Source: Chlamydiales bacterium (GTDB lineage: Bacteria; Chlamydiota; Chlamydiia; Chlamydiales; JAAZZY01). Taken from it: a stretch of DNA of 64,000 nucleotides. The notes below the pieces were generated by a model. It searched no databases and was not told where the DNA came from. It saw only the letters and a list, made by a program, of their open reading frames with translations. The stretch covers positions 1 through 64,000 of the forward strand of contig CBDBKM010000011.1 of the NCBI GenBank assembly GCA_965206695.1, read 5' to 3'. Shown piece by piece: positions 63,550 to 64,000 of this stretch. Position 1 is the stretch's first letter; the number at the start of each line of letters is the position of its first letter. Made by a program: the position numbers and the translations under genes.

Positions 63550-64000
63550 TTAAATATTCGAATACTTATTAAACGGATTTGCAAGTGTATTCAGAAACCT
63601 TAAGATCCGGTTTTTAAAATCACTGAATTGTGGATAATATGTATTATTAATGACTTGTTCATTCATCAGCTTCCATAATCGTTCAATAGGATTAAGATTA
63701 GGGCTATAAGGCGGTAAGAATTGCATGTCAATTTTTGAATTTTTTAAAAATGCCTGCACTGTTTTATTACGGTAATACCGTGCATTATCACAGAATAAGT
63801 ACACCTTATCTTTGTAAGGATAAGATAATTCCAGCTTTTTAAAAAAACGAATGGTGGCATCAGTATTAAGCGTTTGGTCTTCCATAATAACAACCTGCTT
63901 AGATTCAATATCAATAGCACCGGAAAGATTGATTCGTTGACGGCCGGTATTAGTCCGAATAGTACCGTTGATACCGGTTTTTATCCGGCCAAATTGTCAT
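63550..64000 (-). mobile_element. A further IS630-family transposase, partial at the window edge
   Basis: RTNTGRQRINLSGAI…FCDNARYY…FLPPYSPNLNPIERLWK. Confidence 0.85.

Overview
AT-rich, IS-saturated bacterial chromosome segment, most consistent with a host-associated member of the Chlamydiae. Two gene arrangements point this way: rpsL-rpsG-fusA-rpsJ without tuf, and a rodA/birA/nifU/nifS/gpmA cluster. The housekeeping core includes tsp, scpA/scpB, a glutaredoxin, rarA, tyrP, the str genes, rodA, a HExxH peptidase, birA, nifU/nifS-like genes and gpmA. It is interleaved with candidate host-interaction genes: two filamentous-haemagglutinin (TpsA-like) genes, a 4108-aa OTU + cysteine-protease + DUF3638/DUF3645-type protein, a helical-repeat protein, two decayed RING-like genes and a secreted patatin. 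Many nested IS630, IS5, IS701, IS982 and IS200/IS605 elements and MITEs are present. The most unusual signals are (i) a window-wide CTGG/CCAG->CCGG substitution pattern suggesting CCGG methylation coupled to Vsr-type repair, (ii) the giant multi-enzyme effector candidate, (iii) a protein-less IS605-derived element retaining a TnpB omegaRNA-like scaffold, and (iv) two inverted IS605 left ends bracketing nested IS630s. No rRNA, tRNA or CRISPR array was seen. All family assignments come from motif recognition by eye, not database searches.
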